Source: Candidatus Bathyarchaeota archaeon | GTDB taxonomy: Archaea; Thermoproteota; Bathyarchaeia; Bathyarchaeales; Bathyarchaeaceae | Length of the DNA: 38,271 nucleotides | Direction: 5' to 3' | Assembly: GCA_029879825.1 (NCBI GenBank) | Contig: JAOUPL010000001.1 | Span: 1-38,271 of the forward strand | Part shown: piece by piece, positions 10,222 to 20,630 of the stretch | Numbering within the stretch: the first letter of the stretch is position 1 | Layout of the letters: each line of letters opens with the position of its first letter | Notes under the pieces: generated by a model | Database searches by the model: none | What the model saw: the letters and a program-made list of their open reading frames with translations, nothing else | What the model was told of the DNA's origin: nothing | Program-made: the position numbers and the translations under genes

Positions 10222-10360
10222 GCTCCGGTAGAAGAGAGGACACGGCTCCTCTTCTGCCAAATATAGCCAGGTTAAACCTCTTCGGACCAAGTATTTCGGC
10301 CTTTCGACGCTCACCGGAAGAAAGCCGAAGACCCGGGTTCGAATCCCGGCCGGAGCACCA
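10222..10360 (+). tRNA. tRNA-Glu(TTC) with three predicted introns (10232-10261, 10276-10290, 10307-10322) and encoded CCA
   Basis: Removing the three segments gives GCTCCGG TA GTAT AGCCAGGTTAA GTAT T TCGGC CT TTC GA GCCGA AGAC CCGGG TTCGAAT CCCGG CCGGAGC A CCA; BHB-type pairings at the junctions. Confidence 0.88.
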
Positions 10361-10517
10361 ATTTTAATCATTTAGTGCACAATATGTTTAAATTCACTGA
10401 GCGAGTCGAAGTTTAGCCAGATACTTTGGATTTTTTGTCCGTTTTTTCATCACAAATTTCTGTATTGTTTATTAGGAAGAGGAACCGTATGTCTGTTTCC
10501 ACTAGGTAGGGTTGTTT

Positions 10518-11621
10518 ATGGCAGAAGCAGATGTTTACGAGAAACTGAGAAAGAAAATGAGTTTGTGGCCCATAAAGGTTCCGAGAGCGAGAGAAGCGAT
10601 GGAAATGCTTAGGACGCTGTTCACCGAGGAAGAGGCTGAATTTTTAACTCATTTTACGGCTCCTTACCAAGACGCTGAAACAATGGATCAGATTGTTGAA
10701 AGGACAGGAAAGCCTCGGAAAAGGGTCCAAGAAATTGTAGATCGTTTGGTTTTGAGGGGCTTGCTTTTCAGATTCACGGGCAGAAGAGACGGAAATGTAT
10801 ACTACTCTCTGATGCCAATGATTCCGGGCATTTTTGAGTTCTATTTTGTTTCAGTTCGCGATTCCGATGAAAAACGGAAAGTGTCAGAACTTTTCGAAAA
10901 ATATTATGTGGGCGGGGGTGGCATGGAAGGAGGCGCTTCTAACTATCCTTGGGCCCGAGTGATGCCCGTTGAAAAGACGATAACCCTTGACAAAGAAATA
11001 AGTGCAGGACACGAGATTTTACCCTTCGAGAAGATGTCGGAGTACATTACCACTTCTGGTAAGATAGCTGTCATGAATTGCGCTTGTAGGATACATAAGC
11101 AATGTGATCACCCCTTGGAAACTTGCCTCGTCTTTGACTATTTCGCAGAATTTATGGTGGAGAGGGGGCACGGACGCTACTTAACCGTTGAGGAAGCATT
11201 AGAATTGCTAGAAACAATGGAGAAAGCAGGTCTGGTTCATTCAACCACCAACGTTCAAACAAGACCCCAGTTCGTCTGCAATTGTTGTACCTGCTCCTGC
11301 GGCATCTTGAGAGGCCTCTATGAGTTGCACAACCCTAGGGCTATTGCCAAATCAAACTTTCTTCCTGTGAGAGATGATGAGCTCTGCAATACGTGTAGGA
11401 AGTGTATCCGTATTTGCCCCATGGAGGCAAACGTATACCATGCCTCTCACGATGATGAGCCAGATAGAATCTTCTTCTTGGAAGAGAGATGCATAGGATG
11501 CGGGCTTTGCGCCTACAATTGCCCAAACGACGCCATAAAGCTAGTCAAAATCAAAGATGAAGTTCCAGAAAAGACTCCCAGAGAAGCCATGATGAGGGTT
11601 GAAGCAGAAAGAGTTCATTAA
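10518..11621 (+). CDS. 4Fe-4S dicluster (ferredoxin-like) protein with N-terminal winged-helix-like region
   Basis: CNTCRKCIRICP and CIGCGLCAYNCP motifs, plus CACR and VCNCCTCSC. Confidence 0.85.
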   Translation: MAEADVYEKLRKKMSLWPIKVPRAREAMEMLRTLFTEEEAEFLTHFTAPYQDAETMDQIVERTGKPRKRVQEIVDRLVLRGLLFRFTGRRDGNVYYSLMPMIPGIFEFYFVSVRDSDEKRKVSELFEKYYVGGGGMEGGASNYPWARVMPVEKTITLDKEISAGHEILPFEKMSEYITTSGKIAVMNCACRIHKQCDHPLETCLVFDYFAEFMVERGHGRYLTVEEALELLETMEKAGLVHSTTNVQTRPQFVCNCCTCSCGILRGLYELHNPRAIAKSNFLPVRDDELCNTCRKCIRICPMEANVYHASHDDEPDRIFFLEERCIGCGLCAYNCPNDAIKLVKIKDEVPEKTPREAMMRVEAERVH

Positions 11622-11719
11622 GAAAGTGCGGTAGAAAGGAAAGTCGTAAGACGATTTGGTACCAACTAGCCTTGGGATATTAACAAACTTTTATACCTTC
11701 TAGGTGCATCATTTTTCTT

Positions 11720-12038
11720 GGCGGCGGGTCTTAGGCGGGGGGCTAGGGGTCCCCTGAACCGTAAACCCTCTATAGGACGGGCTGAGAGCCTTGGCGAGGC
11801 GTCAAAGATCGTCAGGATTCCCCAGTCCTCTAACCTTGACTATCCGTCCCTTGGGGCTGGCGGTCGTGGAGCAACCTTCGTAGGGAGGCTGTGGACCGCG
11901 TTTGCCAGGCGAACCTGGCCAGGCCCGGGAGGGAGCAACCTAAGCTTGGACGTTCAGCGCTTGAGGGGTTGCGGGTACGAGTAAAGAGGTTGAGGAAACT
12001 GGCGAAAACTGGGTTTCGAACCAAGGTGACTCGCCGCC
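11720..12038 (+). ncRNA. ffs: Archaeal SRP (7S) RNA
   Basis: About 320 nt with paired ends GGCGGCGGGTC/GACTCGCCGCC; helix-8 motif CCAGGCCCGGGAGGGAGCAA; TATA-like TTTTATA upstream. Confidence 0.93.
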
Positions 12039-12055
12039 TAGAATTATGATTCTGA

Positions 12056-12499
12056 TCAGAGCTTGTGTCGTTTGCTCGGGACTATTCCTCTGCTGTTTTG
12101 GTATAATCCGCGGTAACCTTTTTTCGCTGGGCTTCCAAGTTTATGGAAAACTATCTGAACTATCGGCTCTCCTTCCTTTATCGTGATCTCCTTCTCTCCG
12201 GCGTTATGAAGATTAAGTGTTAGTTGTCCGCGAAATCCGGGGTCTACAACAGCGAAACTTCCGACGATGCCTTCTCTTGCAAGCGAAGAACGTATGTGAA
12301 GAGAACCCGTTGTCTTTAACCCCAATTCGACGGTTTCCAAAGTTGCTGTCAGTTCATATTGTTTAGGTTTTATAGCTACTTCGCTGGAAGACCTTAAGTC
12401 GTAACCAGCAGGGTTGAGACAAGAAGTTTCAAAGGGTGTAATCTTGATCTCTTCGTTTTTCAAGTGTTCAAGTATTTCCTCGTCGGAAAGCACCGTCAA
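12056..12499 (-). CDS. dcd: dCTP deaminase / trimeric dUTPase family
   Basis: NPAGYDLR, IRSSLAREG, VDPGFRGQLTL, IVQIVF. Confidence 0.85.
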   Translation of the reverse strand: MTVLSDEEILEHLKNEEIKITPFETSCLNPAGYDLRSSSEVAIKPKQYELTATLETVELGLKTTGSLHIRSSLAREGIVGSFAVVDPGFRGQLTLNLHNAGEKEITIKEGEPIVQIVFHKLGSPAKKGYRGLYQNSRGIVPSKRHKL

Positions 12500-12545
12500 C
12501 AGGGTTCACAGCCTTAGTAGAAAGCATCTCTGAAAAAGAGTTTTT

Positions 12546-13496
12546 CTATGGCACCTCCAAAAAAATATGGAGTTCTTGTAGCATTTGGCACGGTTTGCAA
12601 ATTTCTCCGACAGTTGGTTCTCCACATTTTCCGCAGTTCTGTAACTTTGCTTTTTCTGCCATAGCTTCCAACGCTGGTCTAATCCTTTCTACGGATCTGA
12701 AGATGGCGAATTTTGTTCCAGCGTGCTTTTCTTCCATGCGGTTGAGCATGGCCCGTATGTCGTTTCTTAGGGCGGTTTGGGCGTAGGGGCAGGGAATGCC
12801 CTGAAACTCGATTCTTCTCAGGTATGCGTAGAAAGCGATTTCTTTTTCCGGCACTTCGCAGAGTGGTTTCACGCGCTGTACAAGTTTTGGATGGATCACT
12901 GTTAACACAGGCTTGACGCGCGCTATCCGTAGGGCATCGCCGTGAATAATGTTGAGAAGCATGGTTTGGGTTTCGTCGTCGAGACTGTGGGCTGTGGCAA
13001 GCTTGTCCACGCCTGCTTCTCGAGCCGCTGTGTTTAGGGCTCTTCTCCTCAGCACCCCGCAATAGGAGCAAGGTGTTAGGCCCTTTTCTTTCCTCTCTCG
13101 AATCATGTTTACGATTTCGTCTAACGTGTGACCGTACATTCCCTTGAAGGAAGTCACTACGTGTTTTACGCCAAGCTTTTGACAATTTTTCATGGCGATT
13201 TTTAGAGCCTCATCTCTATAGCCCTTTATTCCTTCATCAACTGTGACGGCACTCAGAGCTGCGTCTGGGAAGGCTTTTTCAATCCTTGTCAGTATGTGGA
13301 GGAGAGTTACGCTGTCTTTCCCGCCAGACACGGCCACCATGATTTTGTCTTTCGGTTCAAACATCTCGTACTTAGAAATCGTTCCTCGCACTTTGTTTTC
13401 TACAGATTTGCAAAAGCATCTTCCACAAAGTTTCTCCCCTGAGTAACGACGCATGAAAACAGCTTCTTTCTTCTTACATAAGGTGCACATTACCAT
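12546..13496 (-). CDS. tRNA 2-thiolation PP-loop ATPase (NcsA/TtuA/Ctu1 family)
   Basis: SGGKDS PP-loop, CSYCGVLRR, CPYA, N- and C-terminal Zn fingers. Confidence 0.9.
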   Translation of the reverse strand: MVMCTLCKKKEAVFMRRYSGEKLCGRCFCKSVENKVRGTISKYEMFEPKDKIMVAVSGGKDSVTLLHILTRIEKAFPDAALSAVTVDEGIKGYRDEALKIAMKNCQKLGVKHVVTSFKGMYGHTLDEIVNMIRERKEKGLTPCSYCGVLRRRALNTAAREAGVDKLATAHSLDDETQTMLLNIIHGDALRIARVKPVLTVIHPKLVQRVKPLCEVPEKEIAFYAYLRRIEFQGIPCPYAQTALRNDIRAMLNRMEEKHAGTKFAIFRSVERIRPALEAMAEKAKLQNCGKCGEPTVGEICKPCQMLQELHIFLEVP

Positions 13497-13841
13497 TTTT
13501 CACGTCATCTCAGATCGGAGACAGGCCGCTGTTTCTATCTCCCAGACTCTTTCCAAGCAGGAATTAACTAAATAATACTATGATATTTAAAAATTAACCA
13601 GACTCCCTAAAGGAGCTTAGTTTGAGCTTCTTTTCTGATTGTAGATTTCAAAGGTTCTCAACCTCTGGCACAATTGACAACAATTTGCTTATGATTTTAA
13701 CATTGTTTCACAGACGGATTCGCGGGGTAGGATTACTCCAGATGCATTTAACTGGTTCTTTGACTATTTGTTTAAGAGATAATCTAAATGTTCTATAAAG
13801 AAAAAAGAGGGGAGGTTAAGAGTTGGTTTCTGGTTCAGGAC

Positions 13842-14141
13842 CTACAATTCCATTACGAGAGGTATGGCATCTTCGGCTGTCATTGCAGGGGAAACCTTAA
13901 GCATCTTGAAGAGACCGGGTTTTGCGTTTTCCCAGACGAGTGCACCTTTCATAACTTGCTCTACGGTTTCTGCCTCTTCTAGGGTAATGCCCCAATGAGG
14001 CACGTCGCAGGTGATGTACCAGCCAAGGATTTTTACTCCTTCCACGGGCCAGAGTTTCTTCTCCATTAATTCAGCCGCCAGTTTTGCAACATCCCTAGGA
14101 GTAAAGGTTTCTTTTAATTCCCAGTAGCTCAGGAACAGCAT
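13842..14141 (-). CDS. Small DUF3303-like protein
   Basis: 99-aa ORF; PVEGVKILGWY and VSPAMTAEDA resemble DUF3303/GYD-type proteins. Confidence 0.65.
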   Translation of the reverse strand: MLFLSYWELKETFTPRDVAKLAAELMEKKLWPVEGVKILGWYITCDVPHWGITLEEAETVEQVMKGALVWENAKPGLFKMLKVSPAMTAEDAIPLVMEL

Positions 14142-14327
14142 AACAATTTTCCACCTTATTTCATTATGAAGGAAAAACTCCCATCAAAATTATGTCACTT
14201 AGGAATATTCCTTCGTATTATATCTCTTGTTCAACTTTTTTAAAATTTTGGGTAAAACCAAGAATTACAAGAAAATCCTTTAAGACTGATGTTCCTTCCA
14301 AACTCTATTAGTTCTTAATCCTAAACT

Positions 14328-14777
14328 TTGATAGGTGATGTTTTCTATTATGTGCTAAAGTTAGGAGTGGTAACAAACTTGCCATTGGAATATGTGGAAG
14401 CTTCAGATGTTAAGAGGTTGGTAAGTGAAATCATAGATGGTCTGGACTTATTTCATGTTGTAGCCCAATTTGTTTATTGTTATCGAAGTAAGGGTTCTAA
14501 ATCTAGAAGTACTGTTGCTCGTATTCATGGGTTAAGTAGAATGTGGCAAGAAGTACTACTACGACCACCAGCATATGTCATTGAAGTTATCTCTGAACGA
14601 TATGACAGGTTGAGTGAAGAAGAGAAGGAAAAAACGTTGATTCATGAACTGTTGCATATTCCTAAAGGATTTTCAGGAGGCTTTCGTCCACACAAAGGTT
14701 ACATTAACAGGAAACGAATAGAAAAAATGCACAAAACCTTGCTAGAAAAAAGATTGTTAAGAGACAATGTGATGTAA
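14328..14777 (+). CDS. Putative metallopeptidase (HExxH)
   Basis: KTLIHELLHIP, ARIHGL, YVIEVISE; true start may be downstream (TTG about 14379). Confidence 0.75.
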   Translation: MIGDVFYYVLKLGVVTNLPLEYVEASDVKRLVSEIIDGLDLFHVVAQFVYCYRSKGSKSRSTVARIHGLSRMWQEVLLRPPAYVIEVISERYDRLSEEEKEKTLIHELLHIPKGFSGGFRPHKGYINRKRIEKMHKTLLEKRLLRDNVM

Positions 14778-14785
14778 TAGTCTTT

Positions 14786-15130
14786 ATGGGAGAACCCATG
14801 TCTTACGTCGTTGTGATTATAACTACGCCTAACAAGGAAGAAGCTTTGAAAATTGTTCGCAGTTTGCTCAAGGAAAGGTTGATTGCCTGCGCAAACATCG
14901 TGGGTCCAGTCTCATCTCTATTTTGGTGGCAAGGAAAGGTCGATGAGGAAAACGAGTTTCTGGTTTTCATGAAATCCCACAAAAGTCTCTTCGAAAGACT
15001 ATCAGAAAGGGTTACGGAAATCCATAGCTATGATGTGCCAGAAATCATTGCACTTCCCATAATAGAGGGTTCGCCACCTTACCTGGACTGGCTGAAGACT
15101 TCCCTCCAACCGGTGAGCGAAGATGACTAA
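14786..15130 (+). CDS. cutA: Divalent-cation tolerance protein CutA
   Basis: LIACANI, FWWQGKV, HSYDVPEII, YLDWL. Confidence 0.93.
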   Translation: MGEPMSYVVVIITTPNKEEALKIVRSLLKERLIACANIVGPVSSLFWWQGKVDEENEFLVFMKSHKSLFERLSERVTEIHSYDVPEIIALPIIEGSPPYLDWLKTSLQPVSEDD

Positions 15131-15836
15131 AAAACCAGTGAAACGCGCCGAACGCGTAGAGGTCGTCTACGACAAGAAATGCTGGAACCTGCTAAGAGAG
15201 TTGAGGTCCAAGACAGTTCAAATAATGGAGATTCTAGAAGAGTTCCATCTGCGCTCTATCGCGCATGGAAGCATCGCCCGAGGCGACGTTTCGGAGACAA
15301 GCGACATCGACGTATTCCTGCCAGACCCACCCTCCTCCTTCATGATAGAAACGGCTCTCGAGCGCTCCGGCGTTCAAGTTAATCGTCGAATAGTTGTACA
15401 AGCTACGCCTTTCTACGCGGTGAAGGGATACATTGAGATAGACAAACAACGGTGCATATCTTTTCCTTTAGCAAAGCTTCGCCCAGTGGAGAAAGACTTC
15501 TACAAGTTTGGCGGCGAAGCGTCGCTTTCTATGCTCAAAAAAGACATGCGAGTCCCAGGCGTGGACAAACGCCTCATGCTCATCGAACCCACGCCGGAAG
15601 GCCATGTTGAAAGCGCCATTGTGGGTCGAGAGGAGGCAGTTGCCAACCTTTTAGGCGTCTCTCTCAACACCGTGTTAGACCGTGTTCACGCCCTCTTGCG
15701 TCGCGACGAAGTTGGCAGAACAGGGGTCTTTATTGAGAGAGAGTTGTCACCTGACGAAACGTTTGAGTTGGTTCTGAAGAAACTCGCTGATCAAAATCCA
15801 GCTGTCCGTAGGCGTCTCAAGTTTTTCGGAAAATAA
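15123..15836 (+). CDS. Pol-beta-superfamily nucleotidyltransferase domain protein
   Basis: HGSIARGDV..SDIDV motif; overlaps the cutA stop. Confidence 0.85.
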   Translation: MTKKPVKRAERVEVVYDKKCWNLLRELRSKTVQIMEILEEFHLRSIAHGSIARGDVSETSDIDVFLPDPPSSFMIETALERSGVQVNRRIVVQATPFYAVKGYIEIDKQRCISFPLAKLRPVEKDFYKFGGEASLSMLKKDMRVPGVDKRLMLIEPTPEGHVESAIVGREEAVANLLGVSLNTVLDRVHALLRRDEVGRTGVFIERELSPDETFELVLKKLADQNPAVRRRLKFFGK

Positions 15837-15856
15837 CCGAGGGCATAGATGAATTT

Positions 15857-16936
15857 TCAGCCTAACGGGAAGCGGAGAAGTGCAGCGACGCCACCCAGTG
15901 AAAGTAGTTGGGTTCCTGCCTCGTGCTCCGTGCTAATGACCATGATTTGTCCACCTTTTTCTTCAACTTCCTTCATGATTTTCTCTAAGGCTTTTCTTTT
16001 TTCGTCCGGAGTTTCTCTTAGCGTAGTATCTGCCACGAGAAGTTTTTCAACTGCACCGTAAGCGCTTGCTTTTTCAACTTCGACGAATCCGTATGTTATG
16101 TCTCTCCTTCCCTTTCCAAGTCTTGCTAGAACTTCTTCCATAACCTTTGTTTCTTCAGCTATGCGCACATGCTTCAGCGCTTTGGTAAAGACTCCGGAAC
16201 GCAGTGCTTCGTGTATCCCGGCTACGCCTGCGTTGTTCACACCTTTTACGTCGATAACAGCGTTTGCAACGTCTAGAGCCTCTCTCCTCACATACTTGGA
16301 GAAGTCATTTTTTATGAACCCTGGTCCAATGATGACTATTGGGCTGCGAAGGCTTATCCACGCTTCTCTCAGAGATTTTAAGGCTGTTTTAAAAAATTCA
16401 CTTGTGGCCTTTGTCCTTTTTTCTGCCTCCAACTTTCCCGGAAGTCTCGTTTTTTCCTCTGCCTTTACGTCAATGCCATATTGTCGTAAAACAGCCACGC
16501 AGTATTCTTCGTCATCTATGGACATTATGACGAGGGGTGCCGCTGTTACCCTGCTTGCTCTTTTTAATCTATCGATTTGATGTTTCGGCCACTCAGTTTT
16601 TACGATGGTTATAGGCTTGTTCACGGTTACATCTATGGTGTGACGTGATCCCTTTATGCTTATTTTCTCAGGCGCCTCGCAAACGATTCCATGTATCCGC
16701 AACCGGTTGAGGATTTTGTCCCACAACACCTTTTCAACTTCTACGCCTAAAAAAACTGGAACCCTTTTCCCTTTTTTTGGACGGGCATAATGGTCTTCAA
16801 CTTTAACTTCTCGGGTGGTTCGGGCATGTACTGTATCTTTTTGAAGAATTATGTTGTAGAGGTGCCATAAATCGTCTAGACTCTCTGGTAAGACCTTTGC
16901 GATACCTTTCTTGAGGTTCATCTGCAGGATTTTCAA
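15857..16936 (-). CDS. pelA: mRNA surveillance protein pelota
   Basis: PESLDDLWHLYNII, RLRIHG, GPGFIK, LGGVAALLRF. Confidence 0.95.
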   Translation of the reverse strand: MKILQMNLKKGIAKVLPESLDDLWHLYNIILQKDTVHARTTREVKVEDHYARPKKGKRVPVFLGVEVEKVLWDKILNRLRIHGIVCEAPEKISIKGSRHTIDVTVNKPITIVKTEWPKHQIDRLKRASRVTAAPLVIMSIDDEEYCVAVLRQYGIDVKAEEKTRLPGKLEAEKRTKATSEFFKTALKSLREAWISLRSPIVIIGPGFIKNDFSKYVRREALDVANAVIDVKGVNNAGVAGIHEALRSGVFTKALKHVRIAEETKVMEEVLARLGKGRRDITYGFVEVEKASAYGAVEKLLVADTTLRETPDEKRKALEKIMKEVEEKGGQIMVISTEHEAGTQLLSLGGVAALLRFPLG

Positions 16937-17017
16937 AAGGGTGCTTCCTTTCTATGACTGGCGTCGTGCAATAAGTCATACTGAAAACCGTTAAAAACGT
17001 ATTGGCGCCTTATCTTT

Positions 17018-19408
17018 GTGGAGAAAGGCTTGATGAAGAAGACCTTCTGGCTTTTAGATGTTAATCACGAAGTCAAGGATCATCGACCTGAAGTGTGGAT
17101 TTGGGGCATAGACGAAGAGGGAAAACGTATCCTCATCATCGACCGAAACTTCTTAGCATATTTTTATCTTCTAATCAAGGAAAAAGAGAATCCTCAAGCT
17201 GTGATGGAAAGAATACAGACGCGCAAAGAAGACTTTCCCTTTCTTGTTAAGTTGAAAACCGTGGAAAAAAGATTTTTCGGGAGACCCGTGAAGGCAATTA
17301 AAGTTTCTTGTCAGGATCCCGATCTCATAGGCAGGTATTCTAATGTTCTTAGAAAAGTAGAAGGCGTTGAAAAATGTCTTGAAGACGACATTCGTTATTC
17401 CATGCGCTACCTCATAGACAACGACGTAACTCCCTGCGATTGGCATGAAGTCAAAGTAGAAGAAACAGAAAACGAACTTGGGGTTCAAGTTGACGGAGTT
17501 TATCTGGCGAAGTCGTTTCCTCAAGGCGTAAGAAGGACAGAAGCCCCGCAACTGAGGATTTTGGGCTTTTCAATGATCTGTTTCAGTCCTAAAGGTACGC
17601 CCAAACCGGAGAAAAATCCGGTGGCGATAATTTCGGTGGCTACAAACGCTGGCGACGAGGTACAGTTTGTAGCAGAAGATTCTGACGACAAACCCGTCTT
17701 GGAATCCTTCATAAAGTACGTTCGGAGGTTTGACCCCGACATCCTCGTTGGCTACGGCACCAATAGACAGGACTGGCCATACCTCCTCGTTCGTTCTAGA
17801 AAATTGGGCGTCGACTTGTATGTGGACAGGGCGAAAACTGAACCGCATAGAAGCGTTTTTGGTCACGTGTCGGTCATGGGTCGAGTGAACATTGATTTTT
17901 TCGACTTCGCAGAAGATTTTCCGGAGGTGAAAGTGAAGACCTTAGAAAACGTAGCCGACTTTCTTGGCGTCATGAAACTTGAAAAACGCAAGATCATCGA
18001 AGACGTAGACTTTCTTACATATTGGCAGAGTCCAGAAAAACGCCCCTTGTTGCTAAAGTTTTCCAAAGAAAACACTCAATGCGTTATGGGCATAGCTGAC
18101 GCCATGCTGGATTTTGCCATGCAACTATCGAATCTCGTTGGCTTACCCTTAGACTACGTGGGAACCGCTGCGGTCGGCTTTAGGGTTGAATGGTTCCTGA
18201 TTCGGAGAGCCTACAAAATAGGCGAGCTTATTCCAGAAAGAGTTGAACGTCCATACTTCCCATACGTGGGGGCGATTGTTCTTGAACCTAAGCCAGGGGT
18301 TCATGAAGACATAGCCGTGCTCGACTTCAAGGCCATGTATCCCAATATTATGATCACTCAAAACGTTTCACCCGACACCTACGTATCACCTACCGAACCA
18401 GAGCCACCAGGCGGCGTGAATGTAGCTCCAGAAGTAAACCACAGATTTAGAGCCGAGCCACCAGGATTTTACAAAAAAGTTCTGTCCCACCTCATTGATG
18501 TTCGAGATGAAATCACACCTAAACTCGAAAAACTTTCTCCTAAAAGTGCGGAATACCGAGTTCTCGACGCCCGCCAAAAAGCTGTAAAGGTAATCACCAA
18601 TGCCTCATATGGCTATACTGGCTGGATCGGCGCTCGATGGTACATCAAACCGGTTGCCGAAGCCACAACAGCTTGGGGTCGCCAAACCATTTTAAACACC
18701 ATCGAATTGTCCAAAAAAAGTGGATTAGAAGTTGTATACGGTGACACAGACAGCATTTTCGTGAAGGATGATCCCGAGAAAATCAAAAAAATCTCTGAAG
18801 AAGTCGGCAGGAAGTTTGGATTAGAGATAAAGCATGACAAGATATACGTCCGTGTTTTGTTCACCGAGGCTAAGAAACGGTATTGCGGGCTTTTGCCTGA
18901 TGGACGACTGGACATAGTGGGTTTGGAGGTGGTGAGGGGAGACTGGGCGGAAGTCGCTAAAAAAGTGCAGGAAAGGGTGTTAGAAATAATACTTAAGGAG
19001 CAAAAGCCTGAGAAAGCTGTGAAATTCGTACGCCAATACATTTCTGATCTGCGACAAAAAACAGTGCCCTACAGAAACCTCATTATATGGAAAACCTTGA
19101 CCAAACCAATCGAAAAATACGCTGTTAGGGCTCCGCATGTTGAAGCTGCGAGAACGTTGATGAAGGAAGGGTGGGATTTATCCATGGGCGACAAAATCGG
19201 TTACGTCATTGTCGCTGGTCCTGGCCGGTTGTACGAAAAGGCGAAGCCCTATGTTTTAGCCTCCTACGACGAAGTGGACCTCGAATATTACGTTTCGAAC
19301 CAAGTAGTGCCAGCTGCGGCACGAATTCTAGCCATGTTTGGGGTAACCAAAGAAGGGTTGTTGCCTTCAAAAACGCCTAAAACTCTTCTCGAATTTATGG
19401 AAGATTAA
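17018..19408 (+). CDS. polB: Family B DNA polymerase (PolB3-like)
   Basis: DFKAMYPNI, KVITNASYGY, YGDTDS, KKRY, GLEVVRGDW; C-terminal PIP-like KTLLEF. Confidence 0.95.
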   Translation: MEKGLMKKTFWLLDVNHEVKDHRPEVWIWGIDEEGKRILIIDRNFLAYFYLLIKEKENPQAVMERIQTRKEDFPFLVKLKTVEKRFFGRPVKAIKVSCQDPDLIGRYSNVLRKVEGVEKCLEDDIRYSMRYLIDNDVTPCDWHEVKVEETENELGVQVDGVYLAKSFPQGVRRTEAPQLRILGFSMICFSPKGTPKPEKNPVAIISVATNAGDEVQFVAEDSDDKPVLESFIKYVRRFDPDILVGYGTNRQDWPYLLVRSRKLGVDLYVDRAKTEPHRSVFGHVSVMGRVNIDFFDFAEDFPEVKVKTLENVADFLGVMKLEKRKIIEDVDFLTYWQSPEKRPLLLKFSKENTQCVMGIADAMLDFAMQLSNLVGLPLDYVGTAAVGFRVEWFLIRRAYKIGELIPERVERPYFPYVGAIVLEPKPGVHEDIAVLDFKAMYPNIMITQNVSPDTYVSPTEPEPPGGVNVAPEVNHRFRAEPPGFYKKVLSHLIDVRDEITPKLEKLSPKSAEYRVLDARQKAVKVITNASYGYTGWIGARWYIKPVAEATTAWGRQTILNTIELSKKSGLEVVYGDTDSIFVKDDPEKIKKISEEVGRKFGLEIKHDKIYVRVLFTEAKKRYCGLLPDGRLDIVGLEVVRGDWAEVAKKVQERVLEIILKEQKPEKAVKFVRQYISDLRQKTVPYRNLIIWKTLTKPIEKYAVRAPHVEAARTLMKEGWDLSMGDKIGYVIVAGPGRLYEKAKPYVLASYDEVDLEYYVSNQVVPAAARILAMFGVTKEGLLPSKTPKTLLEFMED

Positions 19409-19410
19409 CC

Positions 19411-20541
19411 TTAGATTTCTGTGAAGGTTAACAAATTTACCTGCAATGGTTGCTTTATTGCCTCTGAGACGCGAGCAGCCACGAGGAACTTGATGTTCTT
19501 TTCAGCTGCAACATCTACGAGTCTTTGAGTTATAACACCGTCAAAGATCACTGTGTCCACATCCTTTATTCCCTGAAGTTTCTCTGCGAGTTCACTTACG
19601 GGCAGTCGCTCTATTTGCTGCATCTTATTGTTTAGTAGCACAGCCTCTAAGGTTCCTTCCAGTTCTTTTGCGGTTTTAACAATTTGTTGAGGAACTAGTA
19701 TTTTCCGCCGCGCTTTCTTGGCTTTTATTTTTCCTATGGGAACCTTTTCTTTGAGGGCTTTTTCGATTTTTTTGGGGCTTAACTCTTCTACTTCTTTACC
19801 TGGGGGCGCTCTGGCAATGTACTTAACGTCGGTTACCTGCAGCAGTTCTTTGAGGATAAGGTCTCCGCCTCGGTCTCCGTCGAGGAATGCTGTGGCTTCT
19901 TTTTCTCGGCATAGTTTTATGATGGTTTGCGGGATTTTGGCGCCTTCGAGAGCGATGACGTTTTGTATTCCAGTTTTTAACATGTTTATAACGTCTGCTC
20001 TTCCTTCTACTATGATTATTTCCTTTGCACTTTCGATGTCTGGTCCCGCTGTTAATCCGTCAGGTCCATATTTTTCGACTCTTGCCAACCTTAATGTTTC
20101 TGAAACTTCTCTAAAAATTTCATCTGTGCCAGGCATGGTTTCGAGGGTCCATTCATGGAGAACCTCCTTCGCTCTGTCTATGATTGTCCTCCGCCTTGCG
20201 TCGCGTATATCTTCTATTTTATCCAAAGTGACCTTTGCTTCGCATGGTCCTACCCTGTTTATGCTTTCGATGCTCGCTGCGATGATTGCTGTGGAGACTC
20301 TGTCTAGGCTTGTTGGTATGGTTATCGTGCCGGTTGTCTTATCCTGTTTTGATTCTAAACTGATTTCTATTCTTCCTATTCTTCCCGATTTCTGGAGTTC
20401 TCGGAGGTCAAGTTCGGGTCCAAACAAGCCTTCTGTTTGTCCAAAAACTGCTCCGATGACGTCTGGTTTTTCAACCACTCCCTCCACTTCGAATCGGGTT
20501 CGTATAACATACTTTACCGTAACGGTTTGTGACGATTTCAT
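19411..20541 (-). CDS. dnaG: Archaeal DnaG (TOPRIM, exosome-associated)
   Basis: GVVEKPDVIGAVFGQTEGL, VEGRADV, FLDGDRGG. Confidence 0.95.
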   Translation of the reverse strand: MKSSQTVTVKYVIRTRFEVEGVVEKPDVIGAVFGQTEGLFGPELDLRELQKSGRIGRIEISLESKQDKTTGTITIPTSLDRVSTAIIAASIESINRVGPCEAKVTLDKIEDIRDARRRTIIDRAKEVLHEWTLETMPGTDEIFREVSETLRLARVEKYGPDGLTAGPDIESAKEIIIVEGRADVINMLKTGIQNVIALEGAKIPQTIIKLCREKEATAFLDGDRGGDLILKELLQVTDVKYIARAPPGKEVEELSPKKIEKALKEKVPIGKIKAKKARRKILVPQQIVKTAKELEGTLEAVLLNNKMQQIERLPVSELAEKLQGIKDVDTVIFDGVITQRLVDVAAEKNIKFLVAARVSEAIKQPLQVNLLTFTEI

Positions 20542-20630
20542 TATTTTTCACCTCAATCATGAATTTGTCCTCACTATGTTTAAGAGGCCTTCTAGCTTTA
20601 ATCTGTTTGCACCTATTATACTTTACGACT

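Noticed and set aside
11718..12024. 88-aa and 64-aa ORFs
   Set aside because: They overlap the SRP RNA; GC-rich shadow frames.
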